Program-made: the position numbers and the translations under genes
The notes under the pieces: model-generated
Seen by the model: only the letters and a program-made list of their open reading frames with translations
The model's database searches: none
Told to the model about the DNA's origin: nothing
Source of the DNA: an uncultured Methanosarcinales archaeon
GTDB taxonomy: Archaea; Nanobdellota; Nanobdellia; Woesearchaeales; CAZYIM01
Assembly (NCBI GenBank): GCA_964647565.1
Contig: CAZYIM010000003.1
Span: forward strand, 1-64,000
Length of the DNA: 64,000 nucleotides
Direction: 5' to 3'
Shown: one piece after another, positions 11,001 to 21,254 of the stretch
Position numbering within the stretch: position 1 is the stretch's first letter
Layout of the letters: each line of letters starts with the position of its first letter

Positions 11001-11712
11001 GACTGATGGTAATGCCGACAGTGCAACTGCTAGGTTTTACAAAATTGAAACTGTAAAAGGGGGGGTTAATGAGACCTCGACTGAGATCATGGGCAAATAT
11101 AGCTATACCCTGACTTATAATGGTAATGTCACAGACTGGAACCTGATAAGTGCGCCATTTATACAATCAACCTGGGATCTTGACAATGGCACTAACAATG
11201 GATTCGATCCATTTGTGACATCATCCGGATGTATCCAGACTCTTTGGAGATACCGAAACACATCTGGCTGGCAGGAAACAGATCATGATGGCAGCACCTG
11301 GTCTACAGGTGTTGGCTCAGAGAACTTTACATCACTTCAGGCAGGCGCTGGTTATTGGGCTGAAATAAACAAGAGCTGTACCCTGATCTTTAGCGGAAGA
11401 GTGCCAACAACTGAAATTAATGTGACCCTCTATAAAGGCTGGAATCTTATTAGTTGGTATTCCCCTGTAGCTGTGACCCTGCCAACCAATACAGGGGTAA
11501 CGTATCCTATTGATGTCAATCCAGCTGACTCTGTTGATCATATTGATAGATACATTACTGTTGATGATTCATTCGAGGTTACCAACTATTTTGAGGGCTG
11601 GGGATGGTGGCCGTCTTGGAACAACCAAGCATTTACAACTCTGGAGCCTATGAAGGCATATTACTTTGATGTAAACCAGAACTGCACATGGGATTATGAT
11701 CCTAATACCTGA
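8023..11712 (+). CDS. Large secreted Ig-like/FN3-like repeat surface glycoprotein (C-terminal part)
   Basis: The 8203 ORF frame is open upstream to about 8002 with no signal peptide. Repeated DxTxP / C-x-L-x-I-(N/D)G / WNVxCxD units; C-terminal WNLIS motifs. Confidence 0.8.
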   Translation, partial: TWLSGIEILNGSSSSDDSAISNYIFDIDNTTAFSSSSILYDGTNNFSSFNTSNQTQCTDSVMACYLRLNVTDDDGLENFTIITFGIDNTAPTTILDRPANQTNISTNTYMINASVTDSGSGVDTTRFWYRPDGSSSWISICNDSSSPYNCTWDLTGLTDGITYEVMVGANDSEGNVAANNTHYNITVDKSAPNISLNVPIDKYNSSNSWVLFNFTAIDKFDNSMNCSIYINGTFNQSNTSTQNNTPTTFNISGFSDQWYSWNITCIDYSDNVNWSNTQTFRVDTVNPNLVLDGPTNQSKVKEGNWINLTVNDSYALDTVWYSIDGATNQTSFVGTYDIDTTGWSDGSTRLQVWINDTSGRTNYSSYNFVIDGTAPSIGLYEPLQDYRTTNTWIFFNFTANDSISIPMNCTLYIVGTMNASNTSTLNNTPTTFNITDFSEAIRPWNVTCIDSVGNQQWSATRNFTIDSTKPLVNNVNPPEDSPYEVNDAVTITANVTDNVAVDTVFANVTWNVSQQTVAMTDPDSDGIYSGTFSGTTELTTYNVTIVANDTLGYVNNSAKTNFTVIVALTNLGTPNMANLTDGPSILTFGFGGDNNKNVTSQLANEDGSCTNSTCADMDERANYQGAYLDSNWINSIDAGSTITDARVRLKWDYDSAKGVPNPEAYFYYKNASGWVAVSGCQDLSVPLSASSYICNLGSYIDTVAEANNATIRILTNDSWAGAAGDEPEARIWVNVINLSVGYYDSQKPAVRDVNATPSPANISDTINITANITDNTAVNRSQANISYPNGTSTLYNMSANGDIWYYEFSNTIVVGTYNVTFVAYDEQNNLNNSESTNFTINDVVAPNVTINLPVDTHNTTNTSMRFNWTPTDDTDSSLNCNLTIDGGINVSGLTATSGSWSNITVDNITSGTHSWNVSCWDGYDNKNTSLTRNFTIVAAPSNLNTTISNNGSNLTISWPDLGYADSYNIYITEDYGAGFGNAPNVTGVSTNQWTDGNADSATARFYKIETVKGGVNETSTEIMGKYSYTLTYNGNVTDWNLISAPFIQSTWDLDNGTNNGFDPFVTSSGCIQTLWRYRNTSGWQETDHDGSTWSTGVGSENFTSLQAGAGYWAEINKSCTLIFSGRVPTTEINVTLYKGWNLISWYSPVAVTLPTNTGVTYPIDVNPADSVDHIDRYITVDDSFEVTNYFEGWGWWPSWNNQAFTTLEPMKAYYFDVNQNCTWDYDPNT

Positions 11713-11716
11713 TAAG

Positions 11717-12565
11717 ATGAAAAAACAAAACCTGATTTGGATGATGATCTTTATTTTGATAGTCAGCACTCTATGTGTTGCAGCCATACCTATTCCTAGG
11801 GGCATTGATGGCAGGATATTTGACTTGGAAAGCCTTGAAGAGATCACAGAGCCTGTGCATATCAGCTTTACAGATTTGATGACTGGAGAGTACAAGGAAG
11901 GCATGACCAATCCTGCAAGACCATCCTGGTACTCTGTTGCGTTGAACGGAGAGGATGGGGATCTGGTTATTATCAGGATATGGAATGATCATCATTCAAG
12001 CAATAAGACAGTTACACTTCAGGGCTCAATGCATAATGTGAATCTCCTGCTTAACATGACTCCTGTACCAACACCTATTCCTCCTTCACCTGGAGGGAGT
12101 GGAAGCTCGCGTGGGTATGAAGAAGATGAAGGTAGGATCCGAAGGGAAAAAGAGCAGGCTCTTAAGGAGAAGGCAGGGGACATTGTCAGTTCAGGCCTTG
12201 AAGAACCTCATGTTATTGAGGGTGCAGTCTATTATGCAGACGGCAAGACTTTAATAGATGAAGAGGTTGATGTGATAGTAAGGAACAGCGAGACAGGAGA
12301 AGAGACCATTATAAAAGCAGGAACAGGTCCGCCAGGAGCCTTCTCAGTGGTTGTAGATGGTGAGGAAGGAGATAGGTTAGAGGTTGAGGCAGAGGATAAG
12401 AACCAGTTGGTGATGCTTACAGGCGACTTTATCCAAGTTGATACTATTCTTGGTCGGTACAAAAATATTTTATATGACAGCTTCGGAATCTTATTGATTG
12501 TAGCGGGGTTGTGTGTTATTACACTTTCATTATTCAGATTTATGAAAAAAAGGGGTGAGAAATGA
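11717..12565 (+). CDS. Secreted protein with C-terminal membrane anchor
   Basis: Signal peptide MKKQNLIW..., two related beta-domains (PRGIDGRI / PHVIEGAVY), Pro/Gly linker, C-terminal TM plus basic tail. Confidence 0.75.
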   Translation: MKKQNLIWMMIFILIVSTLCVAAIPIPRGIDGRIFDLESLEEITEPVHISFTDLMTGEYKEGMTNPARPSWYSVALNGEDGDLVIIRIWNDHHSSNKTVTLQGSMHNVNLLLNMTPVPTPIPPSPGGSGSSRGYEEDEGRIRREKEQALKEKAGDIVSSGLEEPHVIEGAVYYADGKTLIDEEVDVIVRNSETGEETIIKAGTGPPGAFSVVVDGEEGDRLEVEAEDKNQLVMLTGDFIQVDTILGRYKNILYDSFGILLIVAGLCVITLSLFRFMKKRGEK

Positions 12566-14334
12566 GCAGAATTAAATTTAGAGTTTGGACATTGATATTT
12601 TTTATGTTCATACTCTTAACACTATGCTCGACTTTAGTTATTGCGCCTCCTGTGCCTCGAAACGTTAAAGGTTATATCCTTTATTCTGGAGGCGGCCAAG
12701 TGCCCAGCAGCTCTGTTGTCAAGATAAACAACCTCAACACATCAACAATATTCACCACCTACACTTCCGGACCAGCACCCAATACAGGCTACTATTCAAC
12801 CACTATCACTGCAAGCAAGGGCGACATCATCGAAGTGTACTCGTGGAATACAACTGCCTGGGGCATTTCAAATGATACAATATCAAAAGGAACAACCTGG
12901 GTCAATGCCACCCTTAACCTTACCAGACCTGGAGAACTGAATGTCTCTAATCCAGATCCTTCTAATCATTCAACTGTTGAGCTTGACAAGACTTTTAATT
13001 TTACTGTAAACCTGACTGCGATTGGCGGACAGGACAGTACTAGTTGCTATGCAACCCTTACCATACAGAACTCAACTGTCTATTATCTTACCAACAATGA
13101 TCCTCACCAAAATGTCGGCGACATAACCCTGAGCAATTCAAAATTGGCTATCTGGAACATTACAGCCAACAATACAGGCAGCTCTAACTTCACCATAAAT
13201 ACTTCGTGCAGTTCAGACGGCAGGAACTTTGGCGGAGTCGAGAATGAGACTGTAACCAACATTACCTCTGAGGACACAGTCGCACCTGTAATCAGTCTAG
13301 AAAGCCCTGATGATGATGACTCATTCTACAACGCCCAGATAACCTTTTATTATAATGTAAGTGATCCTTCGGGGATCTTCAACTGTACGCTTATCATCGA
13401 TGGCAGTGTCAACAAGAGCAATACTACTGTGACAACAGGCACCAGCCAGAATTTCACAGCAACTCTTGCTGTCGGCGACCATAACTGGAGCATCAATTGC
13501 ACCGACGACAGCACCAATCAGAATGTCAATCAGTCAGATATCTATAATATTAGTATAAAAGCATACCAGACTCCGCAGATACTTTCAATGAGCATCACTA
13601 ATCCAATAGACCTATTGTCCGGCTCAACCAAGACAATAACATGCAATGCAAGCATATATGATGCAGACAATGCAACAGATATCGAGATAGTTAATGCAAC
13701 TCTTTTTGCCTCTGGCTACCAGTCTAGAACAGCTGATGACAACAACTATCATTACACCAATGCTACATGTAACTTTACTGCGTCCTCCCAATATCAGCGT
13801 AACTATTCCTGTGCTTTTGATCTTCAGTACTATGCAAATCCAGGAACATGGACCTGCAATATAACAGCTGAAGACTCAAGGAATAATGTGACTTCAAATA
13901 CCACCAACACAACCATTAATAATCTCATAAGCATAGACGTCTCATCATCTGTCATTGATTTCGGGCAATTGGCACCCTCGTCATATTCAACAGAGGATGT
14001 GAATCTCACTCTATATAATATGGGCAACATAGATATCAACATAACTCTGAAAGGATTCGGGGTTAGCGATTCAGACGACCTGGCAATGAATTGTACGAGG
14101 GGCACTATTCCAGTCTGGTTCGAGAGATACTCAACAACGCCGGGAGTGAATCATTCAGACATGACCAACCTTACCAGTAATTCGCAATTGATAATCAACT
14201 ACACATTGCCCCAGAGAATTAATGATACTGCATACGGTCAAGACGCCAACAATACATATTGGAGACTACAAACGCCCTCCAGTATCGGCACCCACTGCAA
14301 TGGAAGTGTTATATTAAATGCGATACTTAGTTAG
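12562..14334 (+). CDS. Secreted Cys-bonded multidomain glycoprotein; C-terminal half paralogous to 20119 and 22848
   Basis: Signal peptide; shared motifs DDNNYHYTNATC, YYAN..WTCN, IDFG, ERY, TYW, CNGSV. Confidence 0.8.
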   Translation: MSRIKFRVWTLIFFMFILLTLCSTLVIAPPVPRNVKGYILYSGGGQVPSSSVVKINNLNTSTIFTTYTSGPAPNTGYYSTTITASKGDIIEVYSWNTTAWGISNDTISKGTTWVNATLNLTRPGELNVSNPDPSNHSTVELDKTFNFTVNLTAIGGQDSTSCYATLTIQNSTVYYLTNNDPHQNVGDITLSNSKLAIWNITANNTGSSNFTINTSCSSDGRNFGGVENETVTNITSEDTVAPVISLESPDDDDSFYNAQITFYYNVSDPSGIFNCTLIIDGSVNKSNTTVTTGTSQNFTATLAVGDHNWSINCTDDSTNQNVNQSDIYNISIKAYQTPQILSMSITNPIDLLSGSTKTITCNASIYDADNATDIEIVNATLFASGYQSRTADDNNYHYTNATCNFTASSQYQRNYSCAFDLQYYANPGTWTCNITAEDSRNNVTSNTTNTTINNLISIDVSSSVIDFGQLAPSSYSTEDVNLTLYNMGNIDINITLKGFGVSDSDDLAMNCTRGTIPVWFERYSTTPGVNHSDMTNLTSNSQLIINYTLPQRINDTAYGQDANNTYWRLQTPSSIGTHCNGSVILNAILS

Positions 14335-14378
14335 AGACAGAGCGTAAAAATTATTGGTTAAAGCTAAAAGAAAAGATA

Positions 14379-14464
14379 CTGCAACAACAATAATGGCGGG
14401 AAAACCAGTTTTCCTGCGGAAAACTTTGGGATGCGACATCCCATTTTCGCCATTGTTGTTGCAG
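14379..14464 (-). repeat. Structured intergenic element (three-way junction), divergent relative of the dispersed family
   Basis: Outer IR CTGCAACAACAAT/ATTGTTGTTGCAG, GGCG/CGCC inner helix with 3-nt bulge, two inner hairpins. Confidence 0.55.
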
Positions 14465-14608
14465 GAATTAAAATATGAACAATTGCTTTACGAAATCAAC
14501 TTACAAAACCAAAGAAATGTGAGTCATTTCTGGGCTTTGAAAATTAAAAATAATTCAAAAGGTTTAAATAAAACAAACAGCAGGGCCTGTTTAGGAGGAA
14601 AGGTTAGC

Positions 14609-15817
14609 GTGGTAAAAAAAACATTTATTGTCTTTCTACTACTTATGATGATTTTTATAGTGCCAACCTTTTCACAGGCGGTCAGTTTGGGAGTCAGTCC
14701 TGGCGCAGTGAGCTTTTTGGATGTCTTGCCAAATGGATATTCCGAGCAGTCAGTTACTGTGAGTACGAACTCGCCTGATGAGGTGCTGGTTCGTTATAGG
14801 GTAAATGGTAATATAAGTAGTTGGATCCGATTTGAACCTAATGCCTCACTTTTTCCTATTACAGCAACAGAACCATACACCTTAACCATGATTGTTGAGC
14901 CGCCTTCAGATATTGCTACTGGTAACTATAGCGGTTCAATCAGTTTTATCACAGAAAGATTTGGAAATATTTCTGGTAGGGCGGGAGGATTGGTCAGGGC
15001 AGCTGTAACTCTCATATCAAATATGGAGATAGTTACTAATGAGATCCCGTTGTGTCATGGAGGGGCATTAAAAGTCAATGATTTAGAGATTGGCGATCCT
15101 CTTGAGATAGAGGCCACAATTGTTAATGATGGTAATGTGAGGGTTCGTCCAGATATCCAATTGAACATTTGGGATTTTTCAGAGACTGAACTTATCATGT
15201 CAGATTCCATTACAATTCCATCTGAAATTAGGCCGACAGTAGAAGAAAAGGTGATTGTCAGGCCCTCAAGTGAGGATTTGCGTATTGGTCAATATTGGGC
15301 AGAGGTAAGAGTTGATGAATGTGATGCGCGGAACTATGTGACTTTTAGTGTAGTTAGGCAGGGTGGTATTGTTGACATCGGCACCTTGACAGAGGTAAAC
15401 AGTAAAACCTGGGCATTTGTGAACGAGACCCTCAGGATAAATGCCTTATTCAGGAATGAAGGGCCGAGGGTTGTGACAGCATCTTTTGTTGGCGACATCA
15501 AGTTGAACAATGAAATTATTCAAATCATCGAAACAAATCCAATAGATGTACCATCAGGTGACAAGGTTGAGATGTTTACCTACTTCACACCCAAGAAACC
15601 AGGTAGATATGTTGCCTCTGGACGCGTAAACTATAATGATAAAGTGACTTTTGAGAAAGGAACGGTTATTAATGTGAATCTTCAGGGTGTTGTGGATAAG
15701 AAAAAAACACCTTGGTTGATACCCTTGTTGTTGTACCTTCTCGTTGTTATTACAATCATTTTCCTATTGAGAAAGCTTATCAAGGAAAGAAAAAAGAGGA
15801 GAAGAAAGATATGGTAA
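14609..15817 (+). CDS. Secreted three-Ig-domain protein with C-terminal membrane anchor
   Basis: GTG start after GGAGG; signal peptide, LGVSPG N-terminal strand, NDGNV motif, C-terminal TM plus KKRRRK. Confidence 0.75.
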   Translation: MVKKTFIVFLLLMMIFIVPTFSQAVSLGVSPGAVSFLDVLPNGYSEQSVTVSTNSPDEVLVRYRVNGNISSWIRFEPNASLFPITATEPYTLTMIVEPPSDIATGNYSGSISFITERFGNISGRAGGLVRAAVTLISNMEIVTNEIPLCHGGALKVNDLEIGDPLEIEATIVNDGNVRVRPDIQLNIWDFSETELIMSDSITIPSEIRPTVEEKVIVRPSSEDLRIGQYWAEVRVDECDARNYVTFSVVRQGGIVDIGTLTEVNSKTWAFVNETLRINALFRNEGPRVVTASFVGDIKLNNEIIQIIETNPIDVPSGDKVEMFTYFTPKKPGRYVASGRVNYNDKVTFEKGTVINVNLQGVVDKKKTPWLIPLLLYLLVVITIIFLLRKLIKERKKRRRKIW

Positions 15818-15876
15818 ATCATTATTCATCTCCGTAAAGTTTAAATATCTGAAGCATTCAAAAATATTAAAAAGGG

Positions 15877-16566
15877 GTGTATGAGTTGGCTGATGAAAAT
15901 TTAACTGGTTCTGATTTCCTATCAGATGTTAAACCTGGCAAGTACTTCTGGCTCGAGAATGGACAGAGTATCAAGAACCTAAAAGAGCTGGTTGGTGCTC
16001 TTGAGGTTATGCATGATGATATCTTCAATACACATGTTGATGCGCACAAGAATGATTTTGCCAGCTGGGTCAAGTATGTGATCAAGGACGAAATGCTCTT
16101 TGAGAAGATGATAGGCATAAAGTCTAAAGAAGGTATGCTTGATGTTTTGGTTAAGCATATCGGCCAGTTGGAGAAGCGGTCAAAAAGAACAAAAACCAAG
16201 ATAAAGCATATTGCTAAGAAGATCAAGACGACTGTTGCGAACAAGGCTGATGCAGTAACAAAAAAAGTTAAGAAATCGGCACAAAAAAAGGAAAAAATAC
16301 CTAGACCTGTTCCTAGACATAGACCTTCATCTATGATTATAGATGCCAAGCTGGATGAGATCCTGACGAGAGAACGTGAGATAGATTTAAAGGAGGAGAA
16401 GATCAGGGATATTGAGGAGAGGATAGAACAGAAGCTTTCTGAGAAAAAGACAGTTGTCAACCAACATGAGCATAAGTTTTTTAACACAGACTTTGTGCAG
16501 GGTCTTTTGATAGGTCTGCTGATCGGCATAATAGGATTTTTGGTTTACATTAGATTTATTGGATAG
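15877..16566 (+). CDS. DUF5752-like domain protein with coiled coil and C-terminal TM
   Basis: FWLENGQSIKNLKEL...FNTHV...NDFASWVKYVI pattern. Confidence 0.65.
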   Translation: MYELADENLTGSDFLSDVKPGKYFWLENGQSIKNLKELVGALEVMHDDIFNTHVDAHKNDFASWVKYVIKDEMLFEKMIGIKSKEGMLDVLVKHIGQLEKRSKRTKTKIKHIAKKIKTTVANKADAVTKKVKKSAQKKEKIPRPVPRHRPSSMIIDAKLDEILTREREIDLKEEKIRDIEERIEQKLSEKKTVVNQHEHKFFNTDFVQGLLIGLLIGIIGFLVYIRFIG

Positions 16567-16649
16567 TGTTATTTATGGGTGGGAAGGTATATACCTTAGA
16601 ATAATAAAATATTTAAAGCACTTAGCTGAATTGACTAGAAGGGAACTAA

Positions 16650-18390
16650 ATGAAAAGAGGGGTATATTTTATATTAATGCTGGTATTGTTTTCTATACTA
16701 GTCAAAGGAGTGGTCGCTGAAACCCCTACACAAGTCCTGGTAAATTCTGAGGATTGGAGAGATGTCTATTCTGTGATGCTTTTTGGCAGCATCAATAAAA
16801 TAACATCCAACTTCCTTGTAAGCGACAAACATGCAGCTCTGATTTTGAACCAGATTGATAAAGATAACCACCTTTGGGTTTTTAATTCCAAGAGAGTGCC
16901 TTTTTTTTATGGGCTTTGAGGGATATGCCGAGAGCAGGGGATATACTGCAGAAGGATTTGAGTATGATGATATAAACCTGCAGATAGGTGAACGGCTTCC
17001 AGATATTACTAAATTCATAATAGTGGACGATTCTTATGGTTACAATGCCATTGCTGTCGCACCCTATGCTATAGTCAGTAACTCTTATGTGCTTTTTGCT
17101 GATCGGACAACTATCAGAAAAGTCACTAATTTTCTTGAAGATAGAAGAGTAGATGAATTGATTCTTTATGGTCATGTTGACAGAGAGGTAAAAACTGCCT
17201 TAGAGGAATATAATCCTGAGATCATCAACAAGGACGGCGACAGATTTGAGAACAATATGGAGATAGTCCGAAGATACCTGGAACTTAATCCTACCAAACA
17301 GGCTGTATTGACTAATGGAGAGTTCATTGAAAAAGAGATCATGTTAGGTAAAGAACCTGTCATCTTCATCGGTAACCTGAATGTTCCAGACAATGTCAGG
17401 GAGTTTATTCATGAAACCGGAATCGAGGTTGGCGTGTTGATAGGTAATGAGCTGGTTGGTGCTGCGACTGTAATTAGGAGAAATGTCGGCATAAGTGTCT
17501 TTGTAAAATTTGCACAGGGCGCTCGAAATCCACAGTCTGCAATATCGCAGGTTGAGGCGCTTGATATGTTCTATCTTCCTTCATACCTCTTGAATCTTGA
17601 GATAATTTCGATTGTATACAATCAAGCCACTAACCAAATTGAGGTAAGGTACAGGAATACAGTCGATCAGGCCATATATTTCAAGGGCACCTTTTCTCTG
17701 AAGACAGCTGATGGTCAGACGATTACATTTGGTGATGTTGATACTGTATTTATCAATGGCCAGGAGATTAAAACGGTGGTCTATGATATTGAGCAGATAT
17801 TAGAGATGGATTCGAACATGACTGCAGATGTCTTTGTTATCTACGGGGAATCTAAGGGTTCGCTTGAAAGGGCTATTGATACTGTTATGTCTGTCTCCAC
17901 TGTCAGGATTTTGGACAATTGTGTGATCAATCTTAACTCACTGGTTTATAATAGTCAGAAAGATTTATTCTATATTGAAGTTGAGAATGTTGGTAAAGTG
18001 GATTGTTATGTTGATGCAGAACTGATTGATATCCTGTTTGCAGGAGAAAGAGTTACATTTGGAATGACAGATGTGTTGAAGGTTTCTCCTGGCAAGAAAA
18101 AGAATCTAAGGATTCATGCAGAGCTTGAAGATGAGGATATTGAAGATAATGAGAAGTGGAGGGTTAGGATATATTATGGTGAGAGAAAGGACAATCTCTT
18201 GAAAGTTATTGAGGCTGAACTTGAAATGACAGTACAGGGAATTGATCTGACGTTCTTCATCCTGTTGTTTGTAGTCATAATACTATTCCTCTTGATCTTG
18301 TGGAAGAGGAAGAAGAAGTGCAAGCATTGCGGTCATAGAAATCCGCGCAAGGCCAAACATTGCAAAAAGTGTCATGCTGAATTGAGCTAA
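16650..18390 (+). pseudogene. Surface protein (cell-wall-binding-2-like repeats, TM, C-terminal Zn ribbon) frameshifted at a T8 tract
   Basis: ORFs 16650-16919 (signal peptide) and 16855-18390 join if one T is removed from T8 at 16901-16908; GDRFENN motif; CKHC...CKKC tail. Confidence 0.7.
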
Positions 18391-18612
18391 TTTTTTTCCT
18401 TAGTTTTCTATTTTTTTCTGGTTATTGCCTTGTTTCTCGTCTATAATTCTTTCTAATTAACTAATTTATTAACTACTGAACTAAATTTTTTTGTATAAGT
18501 TACTTTATTATAGTAATTAAACAATTATCGAAACATTTAAATATAAGTTGCTCTAATGAAACAATCAGGATACAAAAACAGCTACTACATTACATCGGTT
18601 GAGGCGGGTACA

Positions 18613-19224
18613 GTGGAGAGAGAGATATTATTTACAGAGCAAAAGTGGAACATCCTGAAATTTCTTTCAGAGAAAGAATATTCCCCACTTCAGCTAGCTG
18701 AGCTAACCGAGACTTCTATGGCGAATATCAGCCAGCAGTTGAAACTCTTGGATGCTGTTAATCTGGTTCAAAAGAATAAGATACCTAATCGAGATAAGGG
18801 CAAGCCGCGGGCAATGTATTCTCTTGCAAAGGATTTTGCATATCTGGTTGTGGTTTCAAGTGGTTTTGCAGGAAAGGACTTTGTTGATCTGGATGATCAC
18901 AAAAAGATTCTGCTCAGGATCTGGTTGCTCGATGAAAACATTCAATACTATGTTGAAAAAGCCTTCCTGAAGATCGAGCCCTACCTCGGAAAAATCCGCG
19001 TAATTCTTCTGGATGAGACTAATTTAACATTAATGCTATTTGGTGAGAACCTTGGTGAAATTCTGAAATTCTCTCCCCTTAACCTCAGAAAGACCAAGGA
19101 TGATCAAAAAAAGATTACCCTGAAGAGCATCAGGGAATCAGACCTCAAGAAACTCGGGGATTCTGTAGTCATCTACGACCCTGAGAATCTTATCAACAAA
19201 AACAAGTTAGGAGGTGATAGTTAG
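18613..19224 (+). CDS. ArsR-like winged-helix transcription regulator (module copy 1)
   Basis: LFTEQKWNILKFLSEKEYSPLQLAE...SMANISQQLKLL...GKPRAMYSL; GTG start inferred from paralog 21255. Confidence 0.85.
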   Translation: MEREILFTEQKWNILKFLSEKEYSPLQLAELTETSMANISQQLKLLDAVNLVQKNKIPNRDKGKPRAMYSLAKDFAYLVVVSSGFAGKDFVDLDDHKKILLRIWLLDENIQYYVEKAFLKIEPYLGKIRVILLDETNLTLMLFGENLGEILKFSPLNLRKTKDDQKKITLKSIRESDLKKLGDSVVIYDPENLINKNKLGGDS

Positions 19225-19315
19225 GATTCGACTTGTTTTGATTGATAAAAAGTTAGATTCATGTTCCTATATTACGGGAAAACGATTAACGAAAACGAAA
19301 GAGGAGGTAGTTTAA

Positions 19316-20041
19316 ATGAAAGCGAAAGTGTGGCCAATAAGCCTTATAATTTTGGTATTGTGTGTTGGATTGGTTGTAGCGGATCCTACGTCGCCAATCT
19401 CTATAACAGAGGGTGCATCTGGAAGATCTGATCTCTCTGCTGCAGGTGTACAGGTCGATGCATATGCAGGAAACGTGACCGGCCTTGACATCAAGGCAGC
19501 ATCAATAACCCAAGCCTGGGCAGGTTTCTACGGAAACATAACAGGCAATATATTGTTAGATGATGCTTTGAATAATACAATGTATAATTGGTCGATGACT
19601 ACAATTGCAGGTGAAGTATATGCTTCTAATGGTTCTGTAACTGATTGGTCTGGTGTTTATTGTGTTAATGAGACCACAACTAAGAATATTAGTCAGATCG
19701 AGACCTGGCTGAATATAGGTGCGAGTGATGCAGATGGTGTTGATGAAACATTCAACGCAACCTTTGCAGGATCTTTTGGAGTTGGAACTGTGACCATTGA
19801 CGCTACTGATGATTGTCAACAGGCAACCACATTCAAAGATCAGGCCTGGCAAAGCACCGACTTTGTAGAGGTTATCTTATCTGCAGAGCAGAACTATATC
19901 TGGACAGCTATCTTAGAGAATAATGTAGATGGCTTTAAGTCAGGAGTTGACAGCCACGATTTCCAGATATTGGTAGGTGAAGATGGTCATAACGGAGATG
20001 CTTCTGTAACGCCCTACTACTTTTACGTGGAACTAGGATAA
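19316..20041 (+). CDS. Secreted beta-rich protein (module copy 1)
   Basis: Signal peptide, strong GGAGG RBS, YAGNVT...WAGFYGNI...YYFYVEL; paralog of 21933. Confidence 0.8.
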   Translation: MKAKVWPISLIILVLCVGLVVADPTSPISITEGASGRSDLSAAGVQVDAYAGNVTGLDIKAASITQAWAGFYGNITGNILLDDALNNTMYNWSMTTIAGEVYASNGSVTDWSGVYCVNETTTKNISQIETWLNIGASDADGVDETFNATFAGSFGVGTVTIDATDDCQQATTFKDQAWQSTDFVEVILSAEQNYIWTAILENNVDGFKSGVDSHDFQILVGEDGHNGDASVTPYYFYVELG

Positions 20042-20118
20042 AGAAAGAAAATTTTGTTTTTTTGTTTTTTTTTATCTTTAATTTATTTTACAGATTATTT
20101 TGATATAGCGGAGAAAGA

Positions 20119-21051
20119 ATGAAAGAGACATCTTGGATAATAACAATGGGGCTGATGATGGCAGCGATAATCATAGTCTTGACAGGAACATTCACCATCT
20201 CTCCCTATGTTATAGGTGCCAATAATTCTACTGTCACTACTCGTGTAAATGTCAGCAATACTCCGCCGACTCTTTATTCTGTTGAGATATTGGACGCACC
20301 CATTGATCTTACTCCTGGCACAACAACAGAAGTTGTTTGTCATGGAGAGGTTTATGATCAGAATGGCTATGATGACATCACTTATGTGAATGCAACATTG
20401 TTTGATACCACAAATGGATATGCTCATGGAGATGCTGATGATAAGAACTATCATTATACTAATGCTAGCTGTGAGGCATGTACCCAACTAGCAACTGACA
20501 ACGCCTCATGCAACTGTTCTTTTTCAGTAGAGTACTATGCAAACAATGCATCTTGGAGTTGTAATATGACTGTGAAGGATGCTAATTTTACCTCAAATGA
20601 ATCTGCTTCAGGTGTATTTAATCCAGTCTTAGGTTTAAGTACGCCCTCTGAAATTGATTATGGGGATGTTGCAGTGGCTGCAACCTCGGCTGAACAAGAG
20701 GTCAATATCACGAATTATGGGAATATCCAGATGAACCTTTCTGTATGGGGATTTGGAGGGGACAACTTTACCATAGGCAACAATCTCAGCATGATATGTA
20801 CGACAGGTAACATTACTGTGACTAATGAACGTTATGATACAATTCAAGGTGAGAATTTTAATGATATGATTAATCTTAGCAATGAATCTGCTATGGTGTC
20901 AGGATTTATCCTTAATCAAAGGACCAATGATAGCAATATTGAGTATGGCGACGATCTGAATATTACTTATTGGATGTTTCAGGTTCCATATTCTGTATCA
21001 GGCACCTGCAATGGTACTGTTGTCTTTGAAGCATCAGATTCAACACTTTAA
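20119..21051 (+). CDS. Secreted Cys-bonded glycoprotein (module copy 1)
   Basis: Signal/anchor; paralog of 22848 and of the C-terminus of 12562. Confidence 0.8.
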   Translation: MKETSWIITMGLMMAAIIIVLTGTFTISPYVIGANNSTVTTRVNVSNTPPTLYSVEILDAPIDLTPGTTTEVVCHGEVYDQNGYDDITYVNATLFDTTNGYAHGDADDKNYHYTNASCEACTQLATDNASCNCSFSVEYYANNASWSCNMTVKDANFTSNESASGVFNPVLGLSTPSEIDYGDVAVAATSAEQEVNITNYGNIQMNLSVWGFGGDNFTIGNNLSMICTTGNITVTNERYDTIQGENFNDMINLSNESAMVSGFILNQRTNDSNIEYGDDLNITYWMFQVPYSVSGTCNGTVVFEASDSTL

Positions 21052-21254
21052 TTGATTTTTTTCTGATTTTTTTTATTTTGCCCTGTTTCTCGTCTATAAA
21101 ACCTGATAATTAACTAATTAATTATTAAAGTAAAGAACACTCAGTCAAATGTTTATGATAGTAATTAATAGATAATCGAAACATTTAAATATGAGTGATC
21201 GGAATTATATAATCAGGATACAAATTTGGCTACTAAAATCCGAATAGGTGAATA

